Below are positions 19,293-29,987 of a stretch of 64,000 nucleotides of DNA, piece after piece. The notes under the pieces are model-generated. The model saw only the letters and a program-made list of their open reading frames with translations. It was not told the origin of the DNA and searched no databases. The position numbers and the translations under genes are program-made. Origin of the DNA: Alphaproteobacteria bacterium (GTDB lineage: Bacteria > Pseudomonadota > Alphaproteobacteria > SP197); NCBI GenBank assembly GCA_965220805.1, contig OZ244844.1:2189516-2253515 (forward strand). Reading direction: 5' to 3'. Each line of letters starts with the position of its first letter. The stretch's first letter is position 1.

Positions 19293-20507
19293 TCAGCGGT
19301 GCGCCCGTTCCCAGTCGACCATGTAGTCGCGAATCTCCGGAGTCGCGAGGCGCTCCCTGGAGAGTTGCAGCTGGAATACCATGTGTTCGCTGTGGCGGAA
19401 GGATGATTCGCTCCCCAGGAGGTAGAACTCCCACATGCGGCAGAAACGCTCATCGTACCGGTCGCGGATCCTGTCCCGGTTCTCGGCGAATCTCCGGTAC
19501 CAGTGTCTCAGGGTTTCCGCATAGTGCGTCTTCAGGATCTCGATGTCGGTGGCGATCAACCCGGCGCGTTCCAGGGGCGCCAGCACCTCGGAGAGGGACG
19601 GTGTGTAACCGCCGGGGAAGATGTACTTGCGGATCCAGGGGTTGGTGTTGCTCGGTTCACCTGTCCAGCCGATCGAGTGCAGCAACATGACTCCGTTGTG
19701 CCGCAGCAGCCCACGGATCTTGTCGAAGAACTCGGGATAGTGGCGTGAACCGACGTGTTCGAACATGCCAACGGAGACGATGCGGTCGAAGGTCTCGTCG
19801 AGCTCGCGGTAGTCCTTCAGCTGGAACCTGACCCGGTCCTCGAGGCCATGCTCGCGCACCCGTCTGGTGGAGACCTCGTGCTGCTCCCGTGACAGGGTCA
19901 CACCGGTGACGTCGACATCGGCAACCTGCGCCAGATAGAGGCCCATGCCGCCCCAGCCCGAACCGATGTCGAGAACCTTCATGCCTGGTTCCAGGAGAAG
20001 CTTGGCGGCAATGTGCCGTTTCTTGTCCGCCTGGGCCTGATCCAGCGTGCTGTTGGGTGTGGCGAAGTAGGCGCAGGAATACTGGCGGTCCGCATCGAGA
20101 AAGAGATCGAACAGTTCGTCCGAGAGGTCATAGTGATGGGCGACATTGCGCCGTGCCCTGCCGACGGGATTGTACTGCTGCATCGGCCCGAGCAGGTGGC
20201 GACGTAGCCAGGTGGCGATGCGGCCCATGGAATCATCGCTGCCGAGATTGCGGTAGTTGCGGCCGATCACCTCCCAGAAATCGACGATCGTCCCATCCTC
20301 GATGGTGAGCGTGCCGTCCATGTAGGCCTCGCCGACTGCCAGGCGGGGATTGAGGGCAATCTTGCGGACCAGTCCCGGTTCGTGGAAGCGCACGGCAACA
20401 GACGGTGTCTCGCCGACGGTGCCGAAGTCATGCACACGGTTCCGGGCATCGATGATTCGCAGATGGCCGACCGACACGAACCGCCTGAGAAGCCCGGAGA
20501 TAAGCAT
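19293..20507 (-). CDS. cfa: cyclopropane-fatty-acyl-phospholipid synthase family methyltransferase
   Basis: 404 aa. SAM-binding motif VLDIGSGWGG, and a C-terminus typical of CFA synthases. Confidence 0.85.
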   Translation of the reverse strand: MLISGLLRRFVSVGHLRIIDARNRVHDFGTVGETPSVAVRFHEPGLVRKIALNPRLAVGEAYMDGTLTIEDGTIVDFWEVIGRNYRNLGSDDSMGRIATWLRRHLLGPMQQYNPVGRARRNVAHHYDLSDELFDLFLDADRQYSCAYFATPNSTLDQAQADKKRHIAAKLLLEPGMKVLDIGSGWGGMGLYLAQVADVDVTGVTLSREQHEVSTRRVREHGLEDRVRFQLKDYRELDETFDRIVSVGMFEHVGSRHYPEFFDKIRGLLRHNGVMLLHSIGWTGEPSNTNPWIRKYIFPGGYTPSLSEVLAPLERAGLIATDIEILKTHYAETLRHWYRRFAENRDRIRDRYDERFCRMWEFYLLGSESSFRHSEHMVFQLQLSRERLATPEIRDYMVDWERAHR

Positions 20508-20542
20508 GCCTCCTCCCGATCGCTATTCCGACACGGATATCG

Positions 20543-21142
20543 TCACTCCTGGAGTGGCGTGTCGTCAACGTCCTCTCCGGCGGACTCATCCACCGCCTCT
20601 TCATCCATCTCTCCCTCGACCACCTCCTCCGCTTCTTCCTCTTCCTCGTCGGCGCGGTGGAAGGCGCGTCCGGTGGCTTCCTGGATCATGGCTTCGTCAG
20701 CCGTGCGGGCCACATTGGCGATCACCGTCGCCGACACCTCCGGGTGGAGGAGGGTGGTGACCTCGAAGAGACCCAGGGTCTTGATCGGGCGATCGAGCAC
20801 GACGGTGCGGCGGTCTACCGGAAAGCCCATGGCTGCAAGTCCGTCGGCAATGTCGCGCGCCTTGACGGAACCATAGAGCTGCAGGTTGTCGGCTGCCTGG
20901 CGGATGAGCGTGACGTGGACGCCCTCGATCTTTTCCTTGAGGGACCCCGCCGAGCCGCGCTGCTCGAGGTTGCGTTCCTCGCGCTCGGCCCGCTCGGCTT
21001 CAAAGCGGGCGATGTTGTCCCGCGTCGCCCGCAGTGCCTTGCCCTGGGGCAGCAGGAAGTTGCGTGCGTAGCCGGGACGCACCGCGACCACGTCGCCCAT
21101 GTTCCCGAGCTTTTCGATGCGTTCAAGGAGAACGATATCCAT
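20543..21142 (-). CDS. rplI: 50S ribosomal protein L9 with acidic C-terminal extension
   Basis: It begins [36 protein letters not shown], the L9 signature. It is preceded by rpsR and a DUF2232 gene. Confidence 0.9.
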   Translation of the reverse strand: MDIVLLERIEKLGNMGDVVAVRPGYARNFLLPQGKALRATRDNIARFEAERAEREERNLEQRGSAGSLKEKIEGVHVTLIRQAADNLQLYGSVKARDIADGLAAMGFPVDRRTVVLDRPIKTLGLFEVTTLLHPEVSATVIANVARTADEAMIQEATGRAFHRADEEEEEAEEVVEGEMDEEAVDESAGEDVDDTPLQE

Positions 21143-21157
21143 TGTGGGTCTCCATAC

Positions 21158-22156
21158 TCAGGCGCCGTCAGCGACGCCGAACCGTTCACGAAATCCCGCC
21201 CAGCAATCGGCAAACCCGACGGCCGCGAAGGCCAGGGCGCCGAATGGCTGGAAGACGAGCACGACCACGTAAGCTGCCATGAGGAACAAGGGCTGCATCC
21301 CCAGGCCACGGGTGAGTGCGTGCAGAACCGCCAGGCCCTGTAGCAGAAAACCCGTGCCCAGGACCAGAACAAATCCCGTCGCAAGGTAAACCACAAAGGC
21401 CGCCATTCCGCCAGTCGATCCAGCCAGCGTGTCGACACCCAGCGCCACCGCAGCGGCGACGAGGGCAGCGATGGAGGGCCATACCGGAAGGCGCAGTTGC
21501 CAGAATACGGGCGAGGGACGCATCGGAGTAGCGAAGCTGACCAGCAGTCCCTGAGCCAGTGCCCCCATGACTGCATGACCGATCATGATTCCGCCCACCA
21601 GAGTGCCCGGCACCAGGGAATCCCAGAAGTCGACAAGATCCGCCATCGCCTGTCGTGACTCCTCGTCCGATTGCTCGAACCAGCTTGCAACTTCGAGGAG
21701 ATTGCCGCGCACCGTGCCTGCGAGCCCTGCCTCGGTCATCGTGAGAACGATGGTGAGGAGGGTGATCTCGACGAGACCGACAACAAGGAACACTCTTGCG
21801 AGAGCGGAGGACGCCAGCCAGCGCGGCGCCTCGTCGGTCCCCGACACGGGCTGGATGGCGAGATGCGTGAGAATGAAAGCGGGAACCACGAACCCCAGAC
21901 TGTAGACGCTGGTCATCACCGGATCGAAGAACATCAGCAGGCAGGTGACGGCGAGAACGCCGGCGAATCCCGACGCAAGGGATCCCCAACCCAGACCTGC
22001 CACGTAGATCGGCAGCGGCGAGGCGATGACCAGGAACAGGCCCCAGAACGACGATGCCATGCCGAACCCGAAGAGCAGCGCGCTGGCAAAGGCCGCGACC
22101 ATCGCCACCAGGGGAACGAACGGGTTGAGAGGGGTTGCCCTGTTCTTCACGGGCAA
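21158..22156 (-). CDS. DUF2232-like polytopic membrane protein (conserved between rpsR and rplI)
   Basis: 332 aa with about 8 TM helices. The position between rpsR and rplI is typical of alphaproteobacteria. Confidence 0.6.
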   Translation of the reverse strand: MPVKNRATPLNPFVPLVAMVAAFASALLFGFGMASSFWGLFLVIASPLPIYVAGLGWGSLASGFAGVLAVTCLLMFFDPVMTSVYSLGFVVPAFILTHLAIQPVSGTDEAPRWLASSALARVFLVVGLVEITLLTIVLTMTEAGLAGTVRGNLLEVASWFEQSDEESRQAMADLVDFWDSLVPGTLVGGIMIGHAVMGALAQGLLVSFATPMRPSPVFWQLRLPVWPSIAALVAAAVALGVDTLAGSTGGMAAFVVYLATGFVLVLGTGFLLQGLAVLHALTRGLGMQPLFLMAAYVVVLVFQPFGALAFAAVGFADCWAGFRERFGVADGA

Positions 22157-22169
22157 GGACGACGTGCGC

Positions 22170-22409
22170 CTACTGTGCGACGTAGGGCAACAGCGCGAGA
22201 TAGCGGGCGCGCTTGATCGCCTTTGCGAGTTCGCGCTGTTTCTTGGCCGAGACGGCGGTAATGCGTGACGGGACGATCTTCCCCCGCTCGGATATGTATC
22301 TCTGCAGCAGCTTGACGTCCTTGTAGTCGATCACCGGCGCATTAGGTCCGGAAAACGGACAGGACTTGCGACGGCGCCAGTAAGGTCTGCGGGCAGGAGC
22401 AGCCATCAC
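22170..22409 (-). CDS. rpsR: 30S ribosomal protein S18
   Basis: 79 aa with the motif [29 protein letters not shown]. Confidence 0.92.
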   Translation of the reverse strand: MMAAPARRPYWRRRKSCPFSGPNAPVIDYKDVKLLQRYISERGKIVPSRITAVSAKKQRELAKAIKRARYLALLPYVAQ

Positions 22410-22834
22410 GATTCTCCTTCCTTCGCTTCGGCGTCCGTGGTCTCCGCGGTCTCCGAGGCCTGCGGCTTCTCCTCACCGGTATTGCGCCGGATTGAACGGT
22501 CGTCGCGGCTCGACTTGTTGCGCATCATGGGCGAGACCTCTGAATCGAGGCGGTCGACGCGCACCGACATGAAGCGAAGCACGTCCTCGTTGAAACGCAG
22601 GTTGCGCTCGAGTTCACCGAGCGTCTCGACCGACGCATCGACATTCATGAAGACGTAGTGGCCCTTGCGGTTCTTCTTGATGCGGTATGCCAGGGATTTC
22701 AGTCCCCAGATTTCGGTCTTGGGAACATCGCCTCCGCCCTCCTGGACCAGGGCTTCCATCTTTCCGGCAAGGGCCTCCACCTGTTGCGGAGAGGAGTCCG
22801 GGCGGACGATAAAGACACTCTCGTAGAACGGCAT
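22406..22834 (-). CDS. rpsF: 30S ribosomal protein S6
   Basis: It begins [13 protein letters not shown] and has an acidic C-terminus. The ATGA start/stop overlaps rpsR. Confidence 0.92.
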   Translation of the reverse strand: MPFYESVFIVRPDSSPQQVEALAGKMEALVQEGGGDVPKTEIWGLKSLAYRIKKNRKGHYVFMNVDASVETLGELERNLRFNEDVLRFMSVRVDRLDSEVSPMMRNKSSRDDRSIRRNTGEEKPQASETAETTDAEAKEGES

Positions 22835-22906
22835 CGAACTTTCAGCTCACATCGTTGATCCGGAACATCAGACTCGCGCCAGGCATGGTGCGGGCACGAC
22901 AACCTG

Positions 22907-22936
22907 CTTGCGACCGGCTCGCCACCCGGTCGCAAG
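22907..22936 (-). promoter_or_regulatory. perfect 11-bp inverted repeat (CTTGCGACCGG-N8-CCGGTCGCAAG) in the rpsF 5' leader; candidate r-protein autoregulatory hairpin
   Basis: Seen directly, about 75-100 nt upstream of the rpsF start on its sense strand. There is no U-tract, so it is not a terminator. Confidence 0.35.
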
Positions 22937-23067
22937 GGTGGCGCACTATAGGGACTGCACGGGGGGATGCAAGCGATTTTGCCGTCCGGCATTTGCCGGG
23001 GCCTTGACAACCGGTGGCTGCCCTTCGTTGAGTGCCCGTCGGACAACCACGGCAGGTTTCAATCGCC

Positions 23068-24009
23068 ATGACTCGCATGTTCGTGTTTCCGGGACAAGGC
23101 AGCCAGCGCCCCGGCATGGGGGCAGAACTCGCCGATGCCTTTGCGGTGTCGCGTGAAGTGTTCGAGGAAGTCGACGATGCCCTCGAACGCCACCTTTCGC
23201 GGCTGATGCGCGAGGGCGATGCCGACGACCTGACGCTCACCAGCAATGCCCAGCCGGCCCTCATGGCGGTTTCCGTGGCGGTGCTGCGAGTCATCGTGTC
23301 CGAGAGCGGACAACCGGTTCAGGCGCTGTGCCGGCTGGCGGCGGGTCATTCCCTTGGCGAGTACTCGGCTCTGGTGGCCTCCGGGGTGCTGGGCCTTGCA
23401 GAAACGGCACGCCTGCTCGACTTGCGCGGCAGGGCAATGCAGGAAGCGGTGCCAGCCGGTGAAGGCGCGATGGCGGCAGTGCTCGGGCTGGAGATCGACG
23501 ACGTCACCGGCATCGCTGCCGAAGCGTCACACGCCGGCATCTGTGTCGTCGGCAACGACAACGCGCCCTCGCAGGTCGTGGTGTCGGGAAAGAAGGAGGC
23601 GGTCGAGGCGGCATCGGATCTGGCATCGCAGCGCGGCGCCGGTCGTGTCGTGCCACTCCAGGTGAGCGCACCCTTTCATTCCCCTCTCATGGAGCCCGCT
23701 GCCCGGCGCATGGAAGAGGCCCTGGCGGAGGTGACGTTCGCCACTCCCGCTGTTCCGGTGGTGAGCAATGTAACCGCAAGGCCGGAAACGGCGCCGGCAG
23801 ACATGCGCCGTCTCCTTGTCGAGCAAGTCACGGCCCGGGTGCGCTGGCGTGAGAGCATGAGCGGACTCGCGGAACATGGAATCGGGTCGGTGGCCGAACT
23901 CGGTACCGGCAAGACGTTGTGCGGGCTGATGCGCAAGATCGACCGGGACATCAAGGCTGTGCCGGTGGAGACCCCGCGAGATGTCGAAGCATTCCTCAAC
24001 GCCCTTTGA
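23068..24009 (+). CDS. fabD: malonyl-CoA:ACP transacylase
   Basis: It begins MFVFPGQGSQ and has the GHSLGE active-site serine motif. Confidence 0.9.
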   Translation: MTRMFVFPGQGSQRPGMGAELADAFAVSREVFEEVDDALERHLSRLMREGDADDLTLTSNAQPALMAVSVAVLRVIVSESGQPVQALCRLAAGHSLGEYSALVASGVLGLAETARLLDLRGRAMQEAVPAGEGAMAAVLGLEIDDVTGIAAEASHAGICVVGNDNAPSQVVVSGKKEAVEAASDLASQRGAGRVVPLQVSAPFHSPLMEPAARRMEEALAEVTFATPAVPVVSNVTARPETAPADMRRLLVEQVTARVRWRESMSGLAEHGIGSVAELGTGKTLCGLMRKIDRDIKAVPVETPRDVEAFLNAL

Positions 24010-24084
24010 CGATTCGCGCCGGGCGGATAGCCTGCTTCGACGGCGCATGCTTCCTGTACGGGCTACACAATTGGGGATGACACC

Positions 24085-24813
24085 ATGCATGACGATCTGA
24101 CGGAACGGACGGCCCTCGTCACCGGAGCCTCGGGCGGCATCGGTGCTGCGATCGCCAGGCGACTCTGCGCCCGGGGTGCGGCCGTCGTGCTCTCCGGACG
24201 CCGCCGCGAGGCCCTCGATTCCCTGGCTGCGGACCTAGGCGAAACGGCGACGGTCGTGGTGGCCGCACTGGGGACCGCCGAGGCGGCGCGGGCCCTCGCC
24301 AAGGCTGCCGGGGACATCGACATCCTTGTCAACAATGCCGGAGTCGTCGACGACTCCCTCGCCCTTCGCCTTGGTGACGATCAGTGGCAACAGGTCATCG
24401 ACCTCAATCTGTCGTCGGCCTTCCACATCATTCAGCCTCTGCTGCGCGGCATGATCAGGCGGCGTCATGGCCGCATCATCAACATCACGTCGGTGGTGGG
24501 CCACACCGGCAATCCGGGGCAGGCCAATTATGCGGCAGCCAAGGCCGGCCTTGCGGGGATGACGAGGTCGCTGGCCCTGGAGGTGGCGCAGCGTGGCATC
24601 ACGGTGAACTGCGTCGCACCCGGTTTCATTGATACGGCGATGACAGACCAACTGCCGGAATCGCTTCGCGACTCCATTCTCGACCGAATTCCGGCAGGCC
24701 GCCTCGGAACGGCCGACGAGGTGGCGGCAGCCGTAGCCTGGCTTGCCAGCGACGACGCCGCCTATGTCACGGGACAGACGATCCACGTGAACGGTGGTAT
24801 GGCGATGCCGTGA
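24085..24813 (+). CDS. fabG: 3-oxoacyl-ACP reductase
   Basis: 242 aa. TGASGGIG cofactor site, and NYAAAKAG (YxxxK) active site. Confidence 0.9.
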   Translation: MHDDLTERTALVTGASGGIGAAIARRLCARGAAVVLSGRRREALDSLAADLGETATVVVAALGTAEAARALAKAAGDIDILVNNAGVVDDSLALRLGDDQWQQVIDLNLSSAFHIIQPLLRGMIRRRHGRIINITSVVGHTGNPGQANYAAAKAGLAGMTRSLALEVAQRGITVNCVAPGFIDTAMTDQLPESLRDSILDRIPAGRLGTADEVAAAVAWLASDDAAYVTGQTIHVNGGMAMP

Positions 24814-24967
24814 GTCGCCTGTTGATCTTTCCTGCCGTGGCGCTGTCTTGACCTATCGCCCTGTGCCGGGTTTATGGTAGAGACAGGCGTTCCCCGGAGA
24901 GCATCCGTCGAGGCGGCACAAGGAACGTGACACCCCAGACCCATTCAGGACCGGAGGCGGCTCGAAC

Positions 24968-25201
24968 ATGAGCGATACAGCTGAACGTGTACGATCAATC
25001 GTCATAGAGCATCTTGGAGTCGATGAATCCAAGGTTGTCGATGGTGCCAGTTTTATCGATGACCTCGGGGCCGACAGCCTCGACACGGTCGAACTCGTGA
25101 TGGCATTCGAGGATGCCTTCAGTATCGCCATACCCGACGATGCCGGCGAGAAGATCGTCACTGTCAAGGATGCGATCGACTACATTGAAGAGCACATCTG
25201 A
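24968..25201 (+). CDS. acpP: acyl carrier protein
   Basis: 77 aa with the phosphopantetheine site [14 protein letters not shown]. Confidence 0.93.
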   Translation: MSDTAERVRSIVIEHLGVDESKVVDGASFIDDLGADSLDTVELVMAFEDAFSIAIPDDAGEKIVTVKDAIDYIEEHI

Positions 25202-25234
25202 GGCAGTGACCGGTATCTCCGCCTCCTGCCTGCC

Positions 25235-26518
25235 ATGATGTCAGCCGCAAGCCGGCCCCGCCGGGTCGTGGTGACCGGACTCGGCATGGTGACACCGCTC
25301 GGAGCGAGCGTTGTCCACAACTGGTCCCAGATTGTCTCGGGTGCCTCGGGCATCCGCCGGATCGAGAACTTTCCCGTTGACGATCTGCCGGCCAAGATTG
25401 CCGGGCAGCCGCCATGCGGCAGCGGCGACGGCGCGTTCGATGCAGCAAGGTACGTGGAGCCGAAGGAGCAGCGGCGCATGGATGATTTCATCATCTATGC
25501 CATCGCCGCAGCCCAGCAGGCTGTCGAGGATGCCGACTGGATCATCGATGACGTGGAGGAACAGCGGCGCACAGGTGTCCTGATCGGCTCCGGCATTGGC
25601 GGTTTGAAGACCATCCAGGACGGTTCCCTGATTCTGCGGGACAAGGGACCGCGCCGGATCAGCCCCTTCTTCATCCCGTCGGCTCTCATCAACCTCGCCT
25701 CGGGCCATGTTTCCATCCGCTTCGGCTATCGCGGCCCCAACCATTCGGTGGTGACGGCCTGCTCCACCGGCGCCCACGCCATCGGCGATGCCGCCCGCCT
25801 GATCGCGTGCGGCAACGCGGACGTCATGGTGGCCGGAGGCGCCGAGGCTGCTGTTTGCCAGCTGGGGATCGCCGGATTTGCGGCATCGCGGGCGCTTTCC
25901 ACGAGTTACAACGACGAACCGGAACGGGCTTCCCGGCCCTGGGACAAGGGCAGGGACGGGTTCGTCATGGGCGAGGGGGCCGGCATTGTCGTGCTTGAGG
26001 AGTACGACCACGCGCGGCGGCGTGGAGCCCGGATCCATGCGGAGATCCTGGGTTATGGCCTGTCGGGCGATGCCCATCACATCACAGCTCCGCCGCCTGA
26101 CGGAGATGGCGGATACCGGTCGATGAAAGCCGCCATCGAGGATGCCGGGTTGATCCCGGAGGACATCGACTACATCAACGCCCACGGGACCTCGACACCG
26201 ATGGGGGATGAAATCGAGATTGGCGCCGTCAGGCGCCTGTTTGGCGATGCCGTCTCGAGCATCAGCATGTCCTCGACGAAGTCATCGATCGGACATCTGC
26301 TCGGTGCCGCCGGCAGCGTGGAGGCGATCTACACCATCCTCGCGGTCCAGAACAACCTGGTTCCGCCGACTCTCAATCTCGAAGATCCCGAGGAGGTCTG
26401 CCAGGGACTCGATCTCGTTCCTCACGAAGCGAGGGAGCGTCCGGTCCGGCGGGCGTTGTCGAACTCGTTCGGTTTTGGCGGCACCAACGCCACGCTGATC
26501 ATCGGCAAGTGCCACTGA
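25235..26518 (+). CDS. fabF: beta-ketoacyl-ACP synthase II
   Basis: 427 aa. The active-site Cys context is VVTACSTGAH, and the HGTSTPMGD and GHLLGAAG motifs are present. Confidence 0.9.
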   Translation: MMSAASRPRRVVVTGLGMVTPLGASVVHNWSQIVSGASGIRRIENFPVDDLPAKIAGQPPCGSGDGAFDAARYVEPKEQRRMDDFIIYAIAAAQQAVEDADWIIDDVEEQRRTGVLIGSGIGGLKTIQDGSLILRDKGPRRISPFFIPSALINLASGHVSIRFGYRGPNHSVVTACSTGAHAIGDAARLIACGNADVMVAGGAEAAVCQLGIAGFAASRALSTSYNDEPERASRPWDKGRDGFVMGEGAGIVVLEEYDHARRRGARIHAEILGYGLSGDAHHITAPPPDGDGGYRSMKAAIEDAGLIPEDIDYINAHGTSTPMGDEIEIGAVRRLFGDAVSSISMSSTKSSIGHLLGAAGSVEAIYTILAVQNNLVPPTLNLEDPEEVCQGLDLVPHEARERPVRRALSNSFGFGGTNATLIIGKCH

Positions 26519-26527
26519 GACTCCACG

Positions 26528-27505
26528 GTGGGCCGGAAAGCGGGGATTGTCGCCAGTCTCCTCGGCACCGTGGTCATTGTCCTGGCCACCGCATTCCTGT
26601 GGTTCCAGGCGGCACTTGAGAGGCGAGGCCCCCTGGAGGCTCCGGCCACCCTGATCATCATCGAGGGAACCAGCGCGGCCGGGATCGCGGAGAAACTCCA
26701 CGCTGGAAACGTCATCGCCAGTACCACGCTCTTCCGGCTGCACACACTTCTGCAAGGCGATCATCACCTTCTGAAGGCCGGCGAGTATGCCTTCGCCTCC
26801 GGCGAGTCCCTCGGCAGCGTCATCACGAGGCTGGTCAGTGGCGACACTGTGGTCCACGCCCTCACCCTTCCCGAGGGACTGAGCAGCACCGCAGCGCTTG
26901 CCATCATCGAAACCCACCCTGCCCTCGATGGAACGGTCGCCGCCATTCCCCGCGAGGGCTCGCTGTTGCCGGAAACCTATCACTTCGAACGCGGCACGAC
27001 GCGTCAGGAGATTGTCGGACGCATGATGCAGGCCATGGAGACCGCTGTCGCTGAACTGTGGGCGAGCCGGGCCGGGGAGTTGCCTCTCAACTCACCGGAG
27101 GAAGCGGTGATCCTCGCCTCGATCGTCGAGAAGGAGACGGGCAGGGCGGACGAACGTCGGCACGTTGCCGGTGTCCTCGTCAACCGTCTCGAGCGCGGCA
27201 TGCGCCTGCAATCGGATCCGACGGTCATCTATGCCCTGACCCGAGGCGTCGAACCGCTTGGCCGGGAACTTCTGCGCTCGGACTGGCAGTTCGATGATCC
27301 CTACAACACCTACCGTCACAAGGGGCTGCCTCCCGGACCCATTGCCAATCCGGGACGCGAGGCCATCGCTGCGGCTCTCGACCCCCTCGACACTCCGGAC
27401 CTCTACTTTGTTGCCGATGGTTCAGGTGGCCATGCCTTTGCGGCCACTCTCGAGGAACACAACCGCAACGTAGCTCACTGGCGCCGCCAGAGCTCCGGCC
27501 ACTGA
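26528..27505 (+). CDS. mltG: endolytic murein transglycosylase MltG (YceG-like)
   Basis: 325 aa with an N-terminal TM helix and a YceG domain. Its position after fabF is conserved. Confidence 0.8.
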   Translation: MGRKAGIVASLLGTVVIVLATAFLWFQAALERRGPLEAPATLIIIEGTSAAGIAEKLHAGNVIASTTLFRLHTLLQGDHHLLKAGEYAFASGESLGSVITRLVSGDTVVHALTLPEGLSSTAALAIIETHPALDGTVAAIPREGSLLPETYHFERGTTRQEIVGRMMQAMETAVAELWASRAGELPLNSPEEAVILASIVEKETGRADERRHVAGVLVNRLERGMRLQSDPTVIYALTRGVEPLGRELLRSDWQFDDPYNTYRHKGLPPGPIANPGREAIAAALDPLDTPDLYFVADGSGGHAFAATLEEHNRNVAHWRRQSSGH

Positions 27506-27522
27506 CCGGCGCCTTCCGCACC

Positions 27523-28314
27523 TCACTCCGGCTGGTGGTCTTCCGGAACCGCAGGCTTGGACGGCATGCGGGCGAGCAGCCTGTCCGTGAGCGCCGGCGG
27601 CAGGTTCGCAAGGAGCCGGACGAGCCAGGACGTCTGCCATGGAAAGGCAATGCGCCCGCGGTCGCGCTCCAGCCCCCTTCTGATGAGGCGTGCGGCCCTG
27701 CCTGCGTCCATGAGAAACGGCATGGTGTAGGGATTGTCCCGACTCATCGGGGTCTCCACGAATCCGGGACAGATGACCGAGAGTCGTACACCACGGTGCC
27801 TCAGCCAGACCCGCTGACCTTCACCCCACAGACGCAGGGCCGCCTTGCTGGCGCAGTATGCCGGTGCACCCGGAAATCCCCTGAAACTGGCGAGGGATGA
27901 CATCACGGCGATCTGTCCCTGGCCCCGATTCACCATCAGCTGCATTGCCGGAAGGACCGTGTTGAAGACGCCATCCACGTTGACGCGGAACAGGTGGCGC
28001 ACCTGGTCTGCGGTTTCGCCGGTATAGCCGGAACCGGCAGAGACGCCGGCATTGGCGATCACGAGGTCGAGGGCGCGGGCGCCGTTGCAGCCCGCCACCC
28101 AGTCGGCCATGGCATCCTGGTCGGTCACATCGACTGTTCCAGTGATGCAGCAGGCGCCGGCGCTGCGACAGTCGTCCGCTACCGCCGCCAGGCGCGGTTC
28201 ATCACGCCCGCCGAGAAAGAGCGTGGTGTCCGGCGCGGCATAGACCCGGGCAAGGGCGGCTCCGATGCCACTCGATGCGCCAGTGATGAGGATGGAGGTC
28301 GGAGGTCGGGTCAT
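27523..28314 (-). CDS. SDR-family oxidoreductase
   Basis: It begins ILITGASSGIGAALA and has the catalytic YCASKAA (YxxxK) motif. Confidence 0.8.
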   Translation of the reverse strand: MTRPPTSILITGASSGIGAALARVYAAPDTTLFLGGRDEPRLAAVADDCRSAGACCITGTVDVTDQDAMADWVAGCNGARALDLVIANAGVSAGSGYTGETADQVRHLFRVNVDGVFNTVLPAMQLMVNRGQGQIAVMSSLASFRGFPGAPAYCASKAALRLWGEGQRVWLRHRGVRLSVICPGFVETPMSRDNPYTMPFLMDAGRAARLIRRGLERDRGRIAFPWQTSWLVRLLANLPPALTDRLLARMPSKPAVPEDHQPE

Positions 28315-28405
28315 GGCGTTCGTGGCGAGAGTGACACAGGCGAAGTGCCCATGATATCACCCGTCACCCTTGTGCAGTCGGAGGCGGTTTGTGGCATTTC
28401 AGGGC

Positions 28406-29239
28406 ATGACGGGTGTTGCCAGTGTGGCCGGTCGCGGCTGGACATGGAATGCGCGAAGTGTCAACGGCAGGGGACTCGATGTTCGTTGCCGGATTCCGGG
28501 CGGCCTTGAGTGGCTTGAGCCCGCCGTACGGGAACGGGCCGGGCGACTGATGACGCGGGGCAGCATCTCGCTTTCCCTGGAACTGGAGTCCGACGAAGCG
28601 ACGGGTGTGGTGGTGAACCACGCCGTTCTCGATGACCTTGTTCACATCGTGGAGAAACGGGCGGGTCCACCGTCGCCGGCAGCGCTCGCCGGACTGCTGG
28701 CGGTCCGGGGAGTCGTCACTGTGGATGGAACGACGGATACCGCCGCCATGGCCGATGAAGTCACCTCGGGTCTCGACGCGGTGCTCGACCGCCTGGTCGA
28801 ATCCCGGCTCGCCGAGGGCGCCCGCCTTGCCGGAGTCATCGGTGGCCTGCTGGACGACGTCGATGACCTCGTTGCACTGGCACACGACGAAGCCAGTGGT
28901 GAGCCCGAACGGATTCGCCGTGCCCTCGATGAACGGGTGCGCGATCTTGTCGACGATGCATCGATCGATGACACGAGACTTGCCCAGGAAGTTGCCCTCC
29001 TCGTGTCGCGTTCCGATGTCCGTGAGGAGATCGACCGCCTGGCAGCCCATACCGCAGCGGTGCGCGACCTGCTCGGACAGGCGAGTCCCGGACGCCAATT
29101 GGGATTCTTCTGTCAGGAATTGTTGCGCGAGGCCAACACGCTGTCATCCAAGTCCCAGTCCGTGCCTTTGACCAATGCCGCGCTCAACCTCAAGGTGGCC
29201 ATCGATCGCCTGCGCGAGCAGGCCCAGAATGTGGAGTAG
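28406..29239 (+). CDS. yicC: YicC/YloC-family stress-induced protein (DUF1732)
   Basis: The N-terminus MTGVAS... matches the family-typical SMTGFG start. The C-terminal helical DUF1732 region is present, and yicC-gmk synteny is conserved. ATG at 28406; TTG at 28370 is an alternative. Confidence 0.75.
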   Translation: MTGVASVAGRGWTWNARSVNGRGLDVRCRIPGGLEWLEPAVRERAGRLMTRGSISLSLELESDEATGVVVNHAVLDDLVHIVEKRAGPPSPAALAGLLAVRGVVTVDGTTDTAAMADEVTSGLDAVLDRLVESRLAEGARLAGVIGGLLDDVDDLVALAHDEASGEPERIRRALDERVRDLVDDASIDDTRLAQEVALLVSRSDVREEIDRLAAHTAAVRDLLGQASPGRQLGFFCQELLREANTLSSKSQSVPLTNAALNLKVAIDRLREQAQNVE

Positions 29240-29306
29240 GCTGCCATGCTGCCTGCGATTGTGTACCTGAAGGCTTCTGCCGGGCGCCTGCGCGGGCGGA
29301 CCTGGG

Positions 29307-29963
29307 GTGGGGGGTAGTCCGGTGCCGGAGAGCGCCCGCCGGGGTTTCATGCTGGTGCTGTCGGCACCGTCGGCTGCCGGAAAGTCGACGCTGGTGCGCC
29401 GGCTGGTTGACGAAGACGGCACCATCGCGTTCTCGGTCTCGGTCACCACACGACTCCCCCGACCGGGAGAGGAGGCCGGCCGCGACCTTCACTTTGTCGA
29501 TCACGGGCGCTTCCGGGAGATGATTGACCGGGGCGAACTCCTCGAACACGCGACGGTCTTTGGCAATCTCTACGGAACCCCGAGAGCACCTGTCGAGACG
29601 GCGCTGGACCAGGGCCGCGACGTGGTGTCGGACATCGACTGCCAGGGTGCGGCGCAGCTTCGCCGGTCTCTCGGGGACGATGTTGTCCTGGTTTTTGTGC
29701 TGCCGCCTTCAGCAGCGGAACTCGAGCGCCGGCTCGCACTGCGAGGCACCGGAACCGCACAGGACATGGAGCGCCGCATGCGCGATGCCGTGGGTGAACT
29801 CGCCAGCTGGGAGACCTTCGACTATGTCATCGTCAACCACGATGTCGATGACAGTCTTGCCGCACTGAAATCCATTCTCACCGCCGAACGTCACCGGCGC
29901 GATCGTCTCACCTCGCTTCCCGAACGTGTGGCGACCATGCGCCGGGAACTTTCCGGCACCTGA
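29307..29963 (+). CDS. gmk: guanylate kinase
   Basis: P-loop LSAPSAAGKST, and the C-terminus is typical of Gmk. The start may be a few codons inside (GTG at about 29322). Confidence 0.88.
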   Translation: MGGSPVPESARRGFMLVLSAPSAAGKSTLVRRLVDEDGTIAFSVSVTTRLPRPGEEAGRDLHFVDHGRFREMIDRGELLEHATVFGNLYGTPRAPVETALDQGRDVVSDIDCQGAAQLRRSLGDDVVLVFVLPPSAAELERRLALRGTGTAQDMERRMRDAVGELASWETFDYVIVNHDVDDSLAALKSILTAERHRRDRLTSLPERVATMRRELSGT

Positions 29964-29987
29964 GGAGCCGCGAACGCCCTGCAGCGA

